This document shows positions 62,740 through 64,000 of a stretch of 64,000 nucleotides of DNA, piece by piece. The notes under the pieces were generated by a model. It had not been told where the DNA came from. It made no database searches and was given only the letters and a program-made list of their open reading frames with translations. Location of the stretch: contig NC_083434.1 of NCBI RefSeq assembly GCF_020745735.1, positions 24,053,966 to 24,117,965 on the forward strand, read 5' to 3'. Origin of the DNA: Hemiscyllium ocellatum. Lineage: Eukaryota. The position numbers and the translations under genes were made by a program. Positions within the stretch are counted from its first letter, which is position 1; each line of letters begins with the position of its first letter.

Positions 62740-64000
62740 GAGTAATGTGCTCTTCCTGTCAGACATGAGAAATTAGAAAGAGTTTCCACGTTACTGATGA
62801 TTATATCTGCAGGAAATATGTTTGATTGTGAATCCCATTGGATTGCATGGATTGGTTAGAGTGGCACTTGGGGGCAATGAAGAATTTACAGCAGCTAGGG
62901 GAAGTGATGGATGGCAGTTTTGGGAAGGGAGATAAACCCCTAAAGCTCCAGTCAGGCAGATCGGTTACCTCCACGAAAGATAGGAGAAGGAGGCAGGTAT
63001 AATGTAGGAGTCTCCTGTGGCTATCCCCATCCCAAGCAAGTATGCTGTTTTGGAAAATGTAGGGGGGAATGTAGCACTGACAGCCAGGTTTCTGGTACTG
63101 AGACTGGCTCTAATGTAAGGGGTATGTAAGGTTCCATGTAATCGGTTGTGAAAAGGGATTGTCTAGTCAGAGTCACGGACAGGTGTTTCTGCACCTGGCA
63201 GTGAGGCATCAGAATGGTGTGTTGCCTCCCTGTTGCCAGGATCAAGGATATCTCAGAGAGGGTGCAGAATATTCTCAAAGGGATGAGGGACCTGCAGGAG
63301 ATCATTGGAACTAATGACATAGTAAAAGTAAAGGGTGAGATTCTGAGGAGAGAATATAGGAAGTTAGGCAGGAATTTAAAAAGGACGTCTTCGAGGGTAG
63401 TAATTTCTGGAGTACTTGAGCTATTGAGGATAGAGCAGATGAATCCGTTGCTGAGGAGTTGATGCAGGGGAGAAGGATTCATATTTTTGGATCATTGGAA
63501 TCTCTTCTGGAGTAGAAGTGACTTGGATAAGGAGCACGGATTGCACCTGAATTGGAAGAGGACTAATATACTGGTGGGGAGATTTGCTGGATCTGCTCGG
63601 GAGGATTTAAATTAGTACCGTGACGGGGGTGGGGGATCCAGGAACACAGTGAGGAAAGAGAACCATCTGAGACTGGTATAGTTGGGAAAAGGAGCATGTC
63701 ATTCATTCAGTGCTGGCAGGAACAAAGCGGAGAACAAGGTAGGACTGATCAATTAAACTACATTTATTTCAATGCAAGGAGCCTAACAGGTAAGACATGG
63801 TTAGGGACATGGCACTGGGATATCATAGCAATTACAGACGTGGTTTAGAGATAGATAGGACTTGCAGTTTAATGTTCCAGGGTATAGAGGCTATAAGGAG
63901 GACAGAAAAGGGGTCAAGAGAGGAAGGGTAGTGGTGTTTTTGATTAGGAATAACATTACAGCTATATGTAGGGAGGATGTTCCTGAGAATGCATCAAGGA
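62740..64000 (+). mobile_element. CR1 LINE 5' part: decayed ORF1 (SGNH esterase) and start of the ORF2 endonuclease; runs off the window
   Basis: MVCCLPVARIKDISERVQNIL, IGTNDI, FLDHWNLFW...GLHLN; then YFNARSL...IIAIT...RKGVKRGRVVVFLIR. Confidence 0.8.

Noticed and set aside
1-64000. CRISPR array, operon or other prokaryotic system
   Set aside because: The sequence is intron-containing vertebrate DNA; no regularly spaced repeat-spacer array was seen

Overview
Vertebrate genomic DNA, not prokaryotic. The HE1-like tRNA-SINEs, CR1, RTE and Penelope repeats point to a shark (inference). Three host genes are recognisable. METTL6 (- strand) shows its first coding exon; the rest lies left of the window. 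EAF1 (+ strand) is complete, with 6 coding exons and 277 aa, and sits head-to-head with METTL6 at a CpG island. MTURN (+ strand) shows exons 1-2, separated by a 24 kb intron. EAF1 intron 3 holds a full-length antisense LINE-1 (18267-24067) with a 14-bp TSD, a 5' YY1 motif, intact ORF1, and an ORF2 broken only by a 1-nt homopolymer frameshift. The most notable non-coding signal is a set of Penelope-like (PLE) insertions from several families. These include tiny 110-175 bp units with 12-15 bp TSDs, often fold-back, most carrying minimal hammerhead-ribozyme motifs. Also present: a Tigger/pogo-like MITE, a Harbinger-like Myb/SANT relic, two recent local duplications and a 0.8 kb C-rich tandem tract. 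Most short ORFs in the supplied track are spurious or repeat-derived. Repeat boundaries are approximate unless a TSD is quoted.
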